Part shown: piece by piece, positions 1-8,446 of the stretch
How the letters are laid out: each line of letters begins with the position of its first letter
How positions within the stretch are numbered: position 1 is the first letter of the stretch
Assembly (NCBI GenBank): GCA_965222605.1
Contig: OZ244960.1
Span: 800,001 to 864,000 of the forward strand
DNA length: 64,000 nt
DNA from: Candidatus Latescibacterota bacterium
GTDB lineage: Bacteria > Latescibacterota > UBA2968
Direction: 5' to 3'
Made by a program: the position numbers and the translations under genes
Notes under the pieces: generated by a model
What the model was told of the DNA's origin: nothing
The model's database searches: none
The model's input: only the letters and a program-made list of their open reading frames with translations

Positions 1-2394
1 ACGCGCCTCATTGTCGGAGTAGCCAGCCTCGCGCATCTCATTGGCTATATTGGCATAAGCCCGCAGAAACGCCGCGGACATCTTGTAAAGTGCTATGCGT
101 CTGGGTTCTTTATCGTTGAGTTGCCCATCGTTGTCAGCAGCGCAGAAGTAGCGCAAATAATCCGCAGTATCGCGCGGCGGCGTCACCTGCTCGCACAGTG
201 CCTTGACCTCCTCGCGTGTCTCCTCCAGTCGCTCCCGACCCTGCTGTAGCCGATCCTTCAACAACCCCCGCACATCCTCGTCGTCATAACCTTCAAAAGC
301 CTCGCCAGTGTAATCCCTGATTGACCGCTCCAGTGACCGGAACAGATCCTTGTAGTCGATAATGTAGCCGTATTCCTTATCCTCACCGTCGAGGCGGTTG
401 ACGCGGCATATCGCCTGAAACAGGCCGTGGTCTTGCATCTGCTTGTCGATATAGAGATAAGTCGCAGGTGGTGCGTCGAAGCCGGTCAGTAATTTATCGA
501 CCACGATCAAGAGCTTCATCCGTCCCGGCTCATCGACAAAGCGCTTTTTCACCTCCCGTTCAAACTGCCCCACCTTATTCATCGCCGTGTCTTCCGGCTC
601 ATTGAAGTGCGCCGCGAGCATCTTTCGGTAAATATCATATTGACGCAACTTCTCGGTAAGCCCCTCGCCGGACTCTTCGCCCTTAATATCCGCCGGAGCA
701 GGTCTGTAAGAAGTCACGATGGCGCATTTATCCGCCAAATCAGTCTGCTGAAACATCTCAAATAAGCGACAGGCCGAATAAATACTTCCAGATACGAGCA
801 TCGCATTGCCGTGACCGCTCTGCAGCCGGTCGCGCGTTTCCATATCAATCAGAATGTCTGCGACGATCTTCTGCAGCCGGTCCTGTGAACTCAGCACCTG
901 CCGCATCGTACCCCACCGCTGCTTGAGCTGTGCCTTCGCCGCGTTGGTCAACGCTCTGGTTTTAAGCTCAAACCACTGATCAATCCTGTCCTGCGAGGTG
1001 ATATTCTGGTCAATATCGCGCGCCTCGTAACGCAGGTCCAACACCACATTATCACTCACGGCCTCGTCGTACTTATAGGTGTGGATGTACGGTCCAAAGG
1101 TCTCGATACTCCGCCTCTTGTCGGCTTTGAGCAGCGGCGTCCCGGTAAAGCCGATCAGCATCGCACCCGGCAACACGGTCTTCATTGCCTCGTGGAGTTT
1201 CCCGGACTGGGTGCGGTGGCACTCATCCACAAAAATGAATATCTCGCCCTTTGCACGAAAGTCCCTGGGCAAATGCCTGCGAATATCCTCCACGAACGCA
1301 TCAATATCACCTTCCTCCGACGCACCGAATTTTTGGATCAACGAACAGATCAGCCACTCGCCGCCAGTATTGAGCACATGCACCAGATCAGCGCCGGTCC
1401 TCGTGCGGTAGATGTCTTCGCTGACGCCCTTAAAGACCTTTTCGATCTGTTCATCCAGTTCCGTGCGATCGGTGATGATCAGCACCCGGGGATCAGTGAC
1501 ATTTTCGCGAATCCACTTCGCCAGCCAGACCATGACCAGGCTCTTGCCACTGCCCTGAGTGTGCCAGATAATGCCACCCTCGCGTCGTTTCACATGTCCC
1601 TGAGCCGCTCGCACGCCAAAATACTGATTGTGCCGACAGGTCTTCTTAATCCCCGCATCGAAAACAATGAAATCGTGGATGATCTCGAGCAACCGCTCCT
1701 TGCAGCAAAGTTGGCTCAGTTCCCGCAGCAGCGGATTGTCGCCAGCGTCCGGATGCGCCTCAGCCTCCTTCCAGCGCAACCAGTACTTCTCCGGTGTCTC
1801 TATAACGCCATACCGCAATCCCTCGGTTTCATTGCCCGCCATCACGAGTTGCACCGTAGTATAAAACGGATGAATAAACACCTTTTTCTGGCTATCGAGA
1901 TTCTGGCGGATACCCTCAGTCACCGAGACCGTAGAACGCTTCAGTTCCAACACACCCAGCGCAATACCATTGACATAAAGCACGATATCCGGTCGCCTGG
2001 TATTCTCTGCAGTAACTGTCACCTCTTCAGCGATGGCGAAGTCGTTGTTGTCGGGATTTTTCCAGTCAATCAGCCAAATCGTATCGGTATGCTCGCCCAC
2101 ATCCGGCTGCACTTTCACGCCATAGCGCAGCAAACTATAGACATCGCGGTTGACATCGTAAAGCGTCTTACTCCCTCCAAGCGCAGCCGCTTTACCCAGA
2201 TCAAATAGCACCTTGTCGATAATCTTCTTGCTGTACCCCCGGCCTTCGAGCCAGTTGGAAACCATTTCCTCCTCAACATTGCGATTATTGGCACGGTCCT
2301 GCCAGTTGCCGAGATAGGCATAGCCCAGCGCGTCCTTAAAAAACGCAATCACGCGCTTCTGCGTGCGAATCTCCCGTTGTCCGACCTTACTCAT
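1..2394 (-). CDS. hsdR: Type I restriction endonuclease subunit R (3' end runs off the window)
   Basis: Not in the ORF track; translated by hand from ATG 2394: MSKVGQREIRTQKRV..., nuclease motif RPDIVLYVNGIALGVLELK, Walker A IIWHTQGSGKS, DECHR box, LLIVVDKLLTGFDAP and LFQAICRVNR. Confidence 0.95.
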   Translation of the reverse strand, partial: MSKVGQREIRTQKRVIAFFKDALGYAYLGNWQDRANNRNVEEEMVSNWLEGRGYSKKIIDKVLFDLGKAAALGGSKTLYDVNRDVYSLLRYGVKVQPDVGEHTDTIWLIDWKNPDNNDFAIAEEVTVTAENTRRPDIVLYVNGIALGVLELKRSTVSVTEGIRQNLDSQKKVFIHPFYTTVQLVMAGNETEGLRYGVIETPEKYWLRWKEAEAHPDAGDNPLLRELSQLCCKERLLEIIHDFIVFDAGIKKTCRHNQYFGVRAAQGHVKRREGGIIWHTQGSGKSLVMVWLAKWIRENVTDPRVLIITDRTELDEQIEKVFKGVSEDIYRTRTGADLVHVLNTGGEWLICSLIQKFGASEEGDIDAFVEDIRRHLPRDFRAKGEIFIFVDECHRTQSGKLHEAMKTVLPGAMLIGFTGTPLLKADKRRSIETFGPYIHTYKYDEAVSDNVVLDLRYEARDIDQNITSQDRIDQWFELKTRALTNAAKAQLKQRWGTMRQVLSSQDRLQKIVADILIDMETRDRLQSGHGNAMLVSGSIYSACRLFEMFQQTDLADKCAIVTSYRPAPADIKGEESGEGLTEKLRQYDIYRKMLAAHFNEPEDTAMNKVGQFEREVKKRFVDEPGRMKLLIVVDKLLTGFDAPPATYLYIDKQMQDHGLFQAICRVNRLDGEDKEYGYIIDYKDLFRSLERSIRDYTGEAFEGYDDEDVRGLLKDRLQQGRERLEETREEVKALCEQVTPPRDTADYLRYFCAADNDGQLNDKEPRRIALYKMSAAFLRAYANIANEMREAGYSDNEAR

Positions 2395-2976
2395 CCTTCG
2401 TCTCCACTACTTTCCAATGGCCTCCCCTGGCGGGCCCGATCCGTTCAAGGACACCCATTTTTTTCAGCTTACTGATCTGCCACTCGATTCCCTTTGCTGT
2501 GATTTCGAGTTGGTTCGCCAGTTCCGCTGTGGTGATTGAGGGGTTGGCGGCGATCAGGGTCAAGATTTTCTCCCTAGTTTTCTCCCTAGTTTTCTCCCTA
2601 GTTTTCTCCCTAGTTTTCTCTTGTTCTTGGCTAGTTTTTGGGGTAGTGGCACTATCGGCTGCTTGGTGCTGCCACTTCGATAGTGGAATTCGCCTTTATA
2701 GCTAATTGGATTCGGGTAGGGATCAACCGCGATTTCCAGATATTCCCCGCCATCTTCCGACTTCAGGTTCACGTCAACCACAATGCCGAGCAATGACTGA
2801 GCCTTATTGGGGATCTCTTCGAGCAATCGGAGAATGTTCTTCACTCCGACCACCTCACCCCGGTCATTCTTGCCAATTTCCAGTACGCCGCCCTGAGCGT
2901 TGGCGAATCCACAGACCCATTTCAGGTATTCGTCCCGCCATGTCTCTTTCCATTCGATGTTCTGACTCTCGCTCAT
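2387..2976 (-). pseudogene. AlbA_2(Schlafen)-[HATPase deleted]-wHTH gene with internal deletion and frameshift
   Basis: N-terminal ESQNIEWKE...CGFANAQGG...YRSGSTKQ joins, in another frame, ADSATTPKT-(EKTR)n-ILTLIAANPSITTAELA...LERIGPARGGHWKV*; the stop overlaps the hsdR ATG. Confidence 0.8.
2566..2620. repeat. 12-bp tandem repeat TTTTCTCCCTAG x~4.6 (EKTR linker)
   Basis: Read directly. Confidence 0.95.
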
Positions 2977-4523
2977 ATCTCCGTACTCCCTGACTTCAGA
3001 CCAGCAAGAGCAGCCCGCCCTTTGTCCGTTAATTGGTACTTTTGCAATGGGCTACGCGGTTTGTCAGGGACAGTCCTTTCCAGCAACTCGTCAGCCAATA
3101 GCCGTCTAAGCTGTTGCTCAAAGCTTCTTGTTCGGGTCGAATATCCCGCGACTATCCACAACTCTCTACTCGTTGCCGCTTCCTGAACACACGCTTGTAG
3201 TATGGCAATATCCCTGACTGACAATTCAGCTTGCACCCCAGCTTGCACCCCAGCTTGCACCCCAGCTTGCACCCCAGCTTGCACCCCAGCTTGGCCCCCT
3301 GATTGCTCTGCAAGTGCTGCTCGCCAAACCGTCGTTACAAATCCCTGGGTAACAGCGAATCCTGGTTCTGGCAAACCCGCCTTCACACAGCGACGGATCA
3401 TATCCAGCGTTCCGGTTCCCATCCGCTCAATGTATTCGGCGAGGTACATAGATTCCGCCAGCAGAGGGTTGCCGGGTACCGACGTGTGCGCGACCCGCAA
3501 CTTCTCCAGTGTCAGTGGCGGCGGTAGCCTGCCGGGATTCCAGACTTCCAACCGGTTCGCGAAGAGCATGACCTGCACACTACCATTGTCCGTATAGTCG
3601 CGGTGCGCCACCGCGTTGACAATGGCTTCTGTCACAACTTCTTCTGGAATTTCATAGGTTCGAGGAGCGCGGACGCTCTCGGCCCGTGTGCCTATTGACC
3701 GATTGATCTTGCTCAGCACGAAATCCACCGCCTGATCAACCAGATCGAATACCGTGCCCTTATAGACTTGGTAGGAAGGAATCGGTTTGGCGACCTCTGT
3801 CCCGTGAAAGTGGGCGCATCTGACTTCGGAAGAAATGAGATGCCGCTGAGGTGCCTTCCCGAACAGCAATACCGCCGCATTCGTCAACCGCCCGTCGTTC
3901 AACAGTTTCAGATGCTCCAGCAACTCTTCGGGAGACGACTCCTCTGTCAGCGGGAACTGTCTGGCCCTGCGTGCGGTGCGGATGAATCGAATGATTCGCT
4001 CGAAGTCCAGGTCTTCCAGCACCGCCTTCGCGCAAGGTGCCGCATCGAATGGCCCCCAGCGGATCAATTCTTTGACTTCCAGGTACTCTACCAACGCCGC
4101 ATACAGCCCGGTTACCAGTTCTGCCTGGGTATTGAATCGTTTCCGAATTAGCCCCGCCTGCGCTTTACCAATCAACGCCCCCATCTTCGGATGTCGGACG
4201 TGGGTTTCCGTCCCCTTTACGAAGATCAGACGATGCACTCCCAGAGTGGTCGCGCAGTCAAACTCCCGCTCCGTTGGCGACATCCCTTCTGCGTCCTCGG
4301 TTCCATAGTCACTTCCAAATAACCCCACATAGAGATCGCACTGTTCAACCTCGTCCAGATAGAGCGCATCGGGACGCCGATCCGAGGCTGGAACCTCCTC
4401 GAACAAGAACACCTCGAAGAACCGCCGCATCAGCGGGTCTCCGCGCAGATAATCGCGCAACGCTGCTCGCTCTTGTGCGAACTCCGTTTGTACGCTGCTA
4501 ATGAAAATGCGAAGTGGGGTCAT
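2973..4523 (-). CDS. DUF4062 + HATPase_c_4-like + C-terminal wHTH protein
   Basis: IFISSVQTEFAQER, LYVGLFGSDYG, SPTEREF (DUF4062); EAIVNAVAHRDY, NPG, IERMGTG; C-terminal PDKPRSPLQKYQLT. Confidence 0.85.
   Translation of the reverse strand: MTPLRIFISSVQTEFAQERAALRDYLRGDPLMRRFFEVFLFEEVPASDRRPDALYLDEVEQCDLYVGLFGSDYGTEDAEGMSPTEREFDCATTLGVHRLIFVKGTETHVRHPKMGALIGKAQAGLIRKRFNTQAELVTGLYAALVEYLEVKELIRWGPFDAAPCAKAVLEDLDFERIIRFIRTARRARQFPLTEESSPEELLEHLKLLNDGRLTNAAVLLFGKAPQRHLISSEVRCAHFHGTEVAKPIPSYQVYKGTVFDLVDQAVDFVLSKINRSIGTRAESVRAPRTYEIPEEVVTEAIVNAVAHRDYTDNGSVQVMLFANRLEVWNPGRLPPPLTLEKLRVAHTSVPGNPLLAESMYLAEYIERMGTGTLDMIRRCVKAGLPEPGFAVTQGFVTTVWRAALAEQSGGQAGVQAGVQAGVQAGVQAGVQAELSVRDIAILQACVQEAATSRELWIVAGYSTRTRSFEQQLRRLLADELLERTVPDKPRSPLQKYQLTDKGRAALAGLKSGSTEI
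3227..3293. repeat. 12-bp tandem repeat CAGCTTGCACCC x~5.6 (GVQA linker)
   Basis: Read directly; in frame within 2973..4523. Confidence 0.95.
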
Positions 4524-4561
4524 GTTAAAACCTGTTCACTGGCGAGATCGAGTAGGAGCAT
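4520..4561 (-). pseudogene. Probable FitB/VapC toxin stub (MLLLD...)
   Basis: 13-codon ORF 10 nt after the FitA-like stop, beginning MLLLD like PIN N-termini (MxLLDTN). Confidence 0.45.
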
Positions 4562-4571
4562 TCCCGCCAAC

Positions 4572-4814
4572 TCAACCGAATCGGGGTGGGTCGCGCATCG
4601 GCTCGCGCGGCGGTATATCCAGTTCCACACCACCCAAAGGCGTGAATCGATCGTGTATAGCGCGTGCGAGATTGGCGGGAGGCGCGTACTCGGTAAGCGC
4701 AGCATGCAAAATAGCCCGCGCTTCCTCTTCCATCGAATGGCCGTGCTCAGCCGCCTGGATGCGCAGACGCTGCTTTATGTCATTGCTGAGGTTGCGTATT
4801 GTCATGCTGGCCAT
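4572..4814 (-). CDS. FitA/StbC-like ribbon-helix-helix antitoxin
   Basis: MASMTIRNLSNDIKQRLRIQAAEHGHSMEEEARAIL; GGAGG RBS before ATG 4814. Confidence 0.85.
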   Translation of the reverse strand: MASMTIRNLSNDIKQRLRIQAAEHGHSMEEEARAILHAALTEYAPPANLARAIHDRFTPLGGVELDIPPREPMRDPPRFG

Positions 4815-4899
4815 CTTCTTTACCTCCAATTCCGAGAAAATATGCAATTTTGATGTTCTGGCTCTCGCCCCTGTCGCCTTCTTCTTTTTTGGGCTCGAG

Positions 4900-5173
4900 C
4901 TACCTTTCGACTTGCCCCGTAACTTGCCCTATGAGGTTGTAGTCTTCCGATCCCCAACCCCTATCTTGGCCCCCTACTTGGCCCCCTGCTTGGACCCCTG
5001 CTTGGACCCCTGCCTCTGACTCTGACTGCCTCACGACTTGACCTGTGACTTGACCTGCGAAATTATCATCTTCCGATTTCCGTACCTATCTTGCACCCCA
5101 GCTTGCACCCCTACTTGTACCCCTACTTGTACCCCTACTTGTACCCCTACTTGTACCCCTACTTGTACCCCTG
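4900..5173 (-). repeat. Orphan duplicated linker module with two 12-bp arrays (4965-5012 x4; 5090-5172 x7)
   Basis: Minus strand encodes (GVQV/GVQA)n-QDR..SEDDNFAGQVTGQV, then (GVQA/GGQV)n-QDRGWGSEDYNLIGQVTGQV; first module has a 1-nt deletion; no start codon. Confidence 0.8.
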
Positions 5174-5236
5174 TAGCGTTAATGTGTTACGCGATAGGGA
5201 GACCTCAATTTGCTGCTTCCTGAGTGTGAACCGTGG

Positions 5237-5752
5237 TTAATGCGTTGCCCCTCGCCCTTGCATCAGTTCTGGACATAGGAAAACTATCTCAACACCGTGC
5301 TGTTGCAACGCTTGACGGTGGTGCCACCAACCCGTATCAGAGGCATTCAGTACCTCCGGTTCTGTCCCGCTTGCCAGTGCCACAGCAACAAACTTGCGAT
5401 CATCTTGATCGAATGCGCTGAGGTCGGGATCATCAGGAAATTCCTCGAATCCGCGATCTTCATGAGGCGTCAACGCAATCTTTCGGCAATACTCAGGGTT
5501 AGCCTGGTTTTGCCATAGCCACAGAAAAAAGGCATCACCGGGTCCTGGCTGTCCAGAGGGGTTAAGATTGTTCCGGTACTCGTCGATAATTCGGTTTCTA
5601 TCGTCCAAGAGGAGGTGGCACTCATCCTGTATGTGACGTAACCTTTTTATGCATGCAAGAATACAACATGGCTCTGCTTGTTCGGTCTTATTACCATTTG
5701 CAACGATAGGAACATTGGTATCCATGACTACTTCCGTTTTACTCATGCTCAT
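5237..5752 (-). CDS. PIN-like domain protein coupled to the upstream ATPase
   Basis: VVMDTNV N-terminal motif, DQDDRKFVAVA, NASDT; start overlaps the ATPase stop. Confidence 0.7.
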   Translation of the reverse strand: MSMSKTEVVMDTNVPIVANGNKTEQAEPCCILACIKRLRHIQDECHLLLDDRNRIIDEYRNNLNPSGQPGPGDAFFLWLWQNQANPEYCRKIALTPHEDRGFEEFPDDPDLSAFDQDDRKFVAVALASGTEPEVLNASDTGWWHHRQALQQHGVEIVFLCPELMQGRGATH

Positions 5753-7113
5753 TCAGAAGCCCCCTGCCTTTCCAGCGCGGCCTCGCTTATAGAAGCAATC
5801 TCGCCGAACTGGTCCCCAAAGAAATCCTTCGGCCAATTGGAGATATTTCCGTATTGGTCAATTTCGAGTTGGCTAAGGCAGGACACACCATTGTCGTCCG
5901 TCGAACAAAAGAATAAGCTGACATCATCCTTCTGTATCTTACCTTCAGCAATGCGGCGTTGGAGTCTGAGAAGCAGATGCTCGCTGTGACTCTCGAACAA
6001 TATCTGTACGTTGCGTTGTTCCCAGGCATCAATGAAGACATCGGCAAGGCCGGCCTGGACTGACGGATGCAGGTGAATCTCAGGCTGTTCCAGAATAACC
6101 ATGGACTCTTCAGGTACATAGAGGCACAGCACCAGCACTGGAAGAATCTGAGAAACCCCGAAACCGATGTCAGTGAGGAGAACTTCGGCCGAATTAGGTG
6201 ATTTACGAACTATGACCTCAAACAACCGTCTGCCTTCAGTTAAGGCCTCGACCCGAAAGTCGTAGATCAATCCAAGACGTTTGAGCCATTCAGCCACGTA
6301 TTCTTCAATGGTAGAATCGGAATCTTGCCCAATACTCTCGCCCCGTTCCCGAGACGAGAGTATTGCATCTACTACGAATTCACCGACTCGACCCACATCG
6401 CTGGGTTGCCCACTTGTTCGAGCGTAGATACGATTTGGATAGACGCGGAGAGGACCGAGGTAGTACAGATCGCGCAGGAGCGATTCCAGTCCATATTGGA
6501 AATCATATCTGGGGAGGTAGGCTTGGATTAATTCATCTTCCCAATATGGAAAATGGTGAAACTTGGATCGACCAAGATAATAATCATCCTTCTTGGCACG
6601 ACGAGAGCGATTGAAATCGGCCCCACTGGCAAACAGATCATAGTCTATCTGACCAGGTACACGCTGCATCCCGAACCGACGGCCATCAGTGATCCGATAG
6701 GCCATTTCTTCCACTTTCAGCAACTTGCCAGAGCCAATGTTTTCTTCTCGTATCTCGACCTCGAATCCGATTTCTTCGTCTTTATCTACAATTTCGTAGG
6801 TGTACGCATCCGGTATTACTAATGGCAGCTCAGTAATATTCCAGTCGAGCGAAAATTTCAAAGTCCGATCCGTGTCGTGTCCGTGTATGACGCTCTCAAA
6901 GTCGCCCAGATCAACGGGTGTATTGCCGTCACCAAAGTAGAGCATGATCCCACGGTCTGGCGAATCAACAGTTTGCTTCATCAGCAGCAGGGCTTGAAAC
7001 AGGCTGGTCTTGCCAGAGCTATTGGAACCAAAGAAACCGGTGATGGGCTTGAACTCAATGTCACCGGTATCCTTCCATGACTTGAAGTTTTCCAGCCGTA
7101 GCCGTGTCAACAT
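5749..7113 (-). CDS. ABC/AAA_21-type ATPase with DUF3696-like C-terminus
   Basis: GSNSSGKT, IGFGVSQ signature, ILEQPEIHLHP, ESHSEH, C-terminal IDQYGNISNWPKDFF. Confidence 0.85.
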   Translation of the reverse strand: MLTRLRLENFKSWKDTGDIEFKPITGFFGSNSSGKTSLFQALLLMKQTVDSPDRGIMLYFGDGNTPVDLGDFESVIHGHDTDRTLKFSLDWNITELPLVIPDAYTYEIVDKDEEIGFEVEIREENIGSGKLLKVEEMAYRITDGRRFGMQRVPGQIDYDLFASGADFNRSRRAKKDDYYLGRSKFHHFPYWEDELIQAYLPRYDFQYGLESLLRDLYYLGPLRVYPNRIYARTSGQPSDVGRVGEFVVDAILSSRERGESIGQDSDSTIEEYVAEWLKRLGLIYDFRVEALTEGRRLFEVIVRKSPNSAEVLLTDIGFGVSQILPVLVLCLYVPEESMVILEQPEIHLHPSVQAGLADVFIDAWEQRNVQILFESHSEHLLLRLQRRIAEGKIQKDDVSLFFCSTDDNGVSCLSQLEIDQYGNISNWPKDFFGDQFGEIASISEAALERQGASE

Positions 7114-7183
7114 CTGAGAGCCTCCTCTCTAAGAGCGGAATATCAAAACCAATTCCGGGGAAAAGCGGTCGGATCGCGTCTCA

Positions 7184-7957
7184 TCATGAGATGCTTTTAT
7201 GCAGAAAGTGCTTGATCCTTTCGCGGTTTGCGGCGAGGCTGGAGAACTGCTTCTCACAGACGTCACTGAAGCGCGCCAGTGCCTTGCGATTGATTGATTC
7301 TTGATCCTCAAAGATGGCCAGAGAACCGAACCGGATATTCCATCTCTCGAACTGAAGCAGCGCGATCGTGGCATCTTGGGTCTTCCTATCATTGTCAAGG
7401 GCGTGAACAAAAAGCGGTTGAGGCATACCGTTGATACGGCAGTCCACGGTGTACATCCCGTTAGGATCATGTTTAGGGTCGCTCCAGTCGAAGCTCATGC
7501 GCTCTTCTGGTATAGCTTCGCTCAGAAGTGCACGAAAATCATCCATAAAAGTGGAGTAAACTCGTTCCCGTGATAGGTACGATACATCAGAAATCTTGAG
7601 AAGTGCCTGCATAAATGAATACAGCGCGTCGCCGTAACGCCCATCTGGTACTTCGAGTACCAACTCACCATCACGGTCTTCGATCTGGAACGTGGACAAT
7701 GCGTTGGAGATGATTTTCTGGCGAGTGCCGCTATACAGATCCTTTTCATCAATGTCGTAGGTAAGATGCATATACGTATGCGCCTCATCGGACAACACCC
7801 ACCGCGTCCCCTCCTTCTTAAGAACAATACCCAAGTGATCGCCATCCTCGAACAGGAAGGGGGTGAACACGCGGAAGCGTTCCATGCCTTCGGCACCCAG
7901 ACGAATCTTCGACGAAACCTTTTCGTGAAAGTCTCGCTCTATGGTTTCGATGTACAT
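7184..7957 (-). CDS. DUF1828/DUF1829 domain protein
   Basis: [15 protein letters not shown]...[22 protein letters not shown]. Confidence 0.75.
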   Translation of the reverse strand: MYIETIERDFHEKVSSKIRLGAEGMERFRVFTPFLFEDGDHLGIVLKKEGTRWVLSDEAHTYMHLTYDIDEKDLYSGTRQKIISNALSTFQIEDRDGELVLEVPDGRYGDALYSFMQALLKISDVSYLSRERVYSTFMDDFRALLSEAIPEERMSFDWSDPKHDPNGMYTVDCRINGMPQPLFVHALDNDRKTQDATIALLQFERWNIRFGSLAIFEDQESINRKALARFSDVCEKQFSSLAANRERIKHFLHKSIS

Positions 7958-7963
7958 CGCTTA

Positions 7964-8444
7964 TCACTCCTCAAAAAGGTTGAATTGTATCTCAGAGAGG
8001 ATTTCGATATTTGCGTCGTTGATAAGGCAACGAAGGGCACCGTGGAAATCGCCGTAACGGTCAGTCCGCTCTGCGTACGCGTCCTCCCGTGTTCCACGCG
8101 CCTGGTACCGCTCCGTCGCGAAATGAAGTGTGAAAGTCATAAAATGTGACATCTTCAATATGATTGGTGTGTTCGTGGCTCTTGCAGTTGTAACGCCGGA
8201 GGCGAAATATCCGGTTCGAACTCGGGACTCGAACAGCCAGGATAACCGAAAAGTCAAGTGGATTGATCTTATTCTGTCTGAATATCAAGCGGAACTCGTT
8301 ACCTGCTTTACCCATCAGATCCAGTTGTCCTTCATTGTGCCCCCGTTTGGGGCTAAGACGAATTCGATTGCTCCAATCGGCAGGCGCAGGCTTGCGCTCC
8401 TGTATCAACGACTCAATCTCTTGGTCTAAGTACATTACCGCCAT
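7964..8444 (-). pseudogene. DUF6978-like partner of DUF1828, +1 frameshift near 8128
   Basis: ...LRRYNCKSHEHTN...FYDFH continues in the next frame as HFATERYQ...DAYAE...; CAC ACTTCAT versus expected CAC ATT CAT. Confidence 0.7.
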
Positions 8445-8446
8445 AG

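Noticed and set aside
1081-2208. 375-aa plus-strand ORF
   Set aside because: Antisense shadow of hsdR; no recognisable motifs
4965-5172. Repeat arrays as CRISPR
   Set aside because: Contiguous 12-bp units with no spacers and no cas genes
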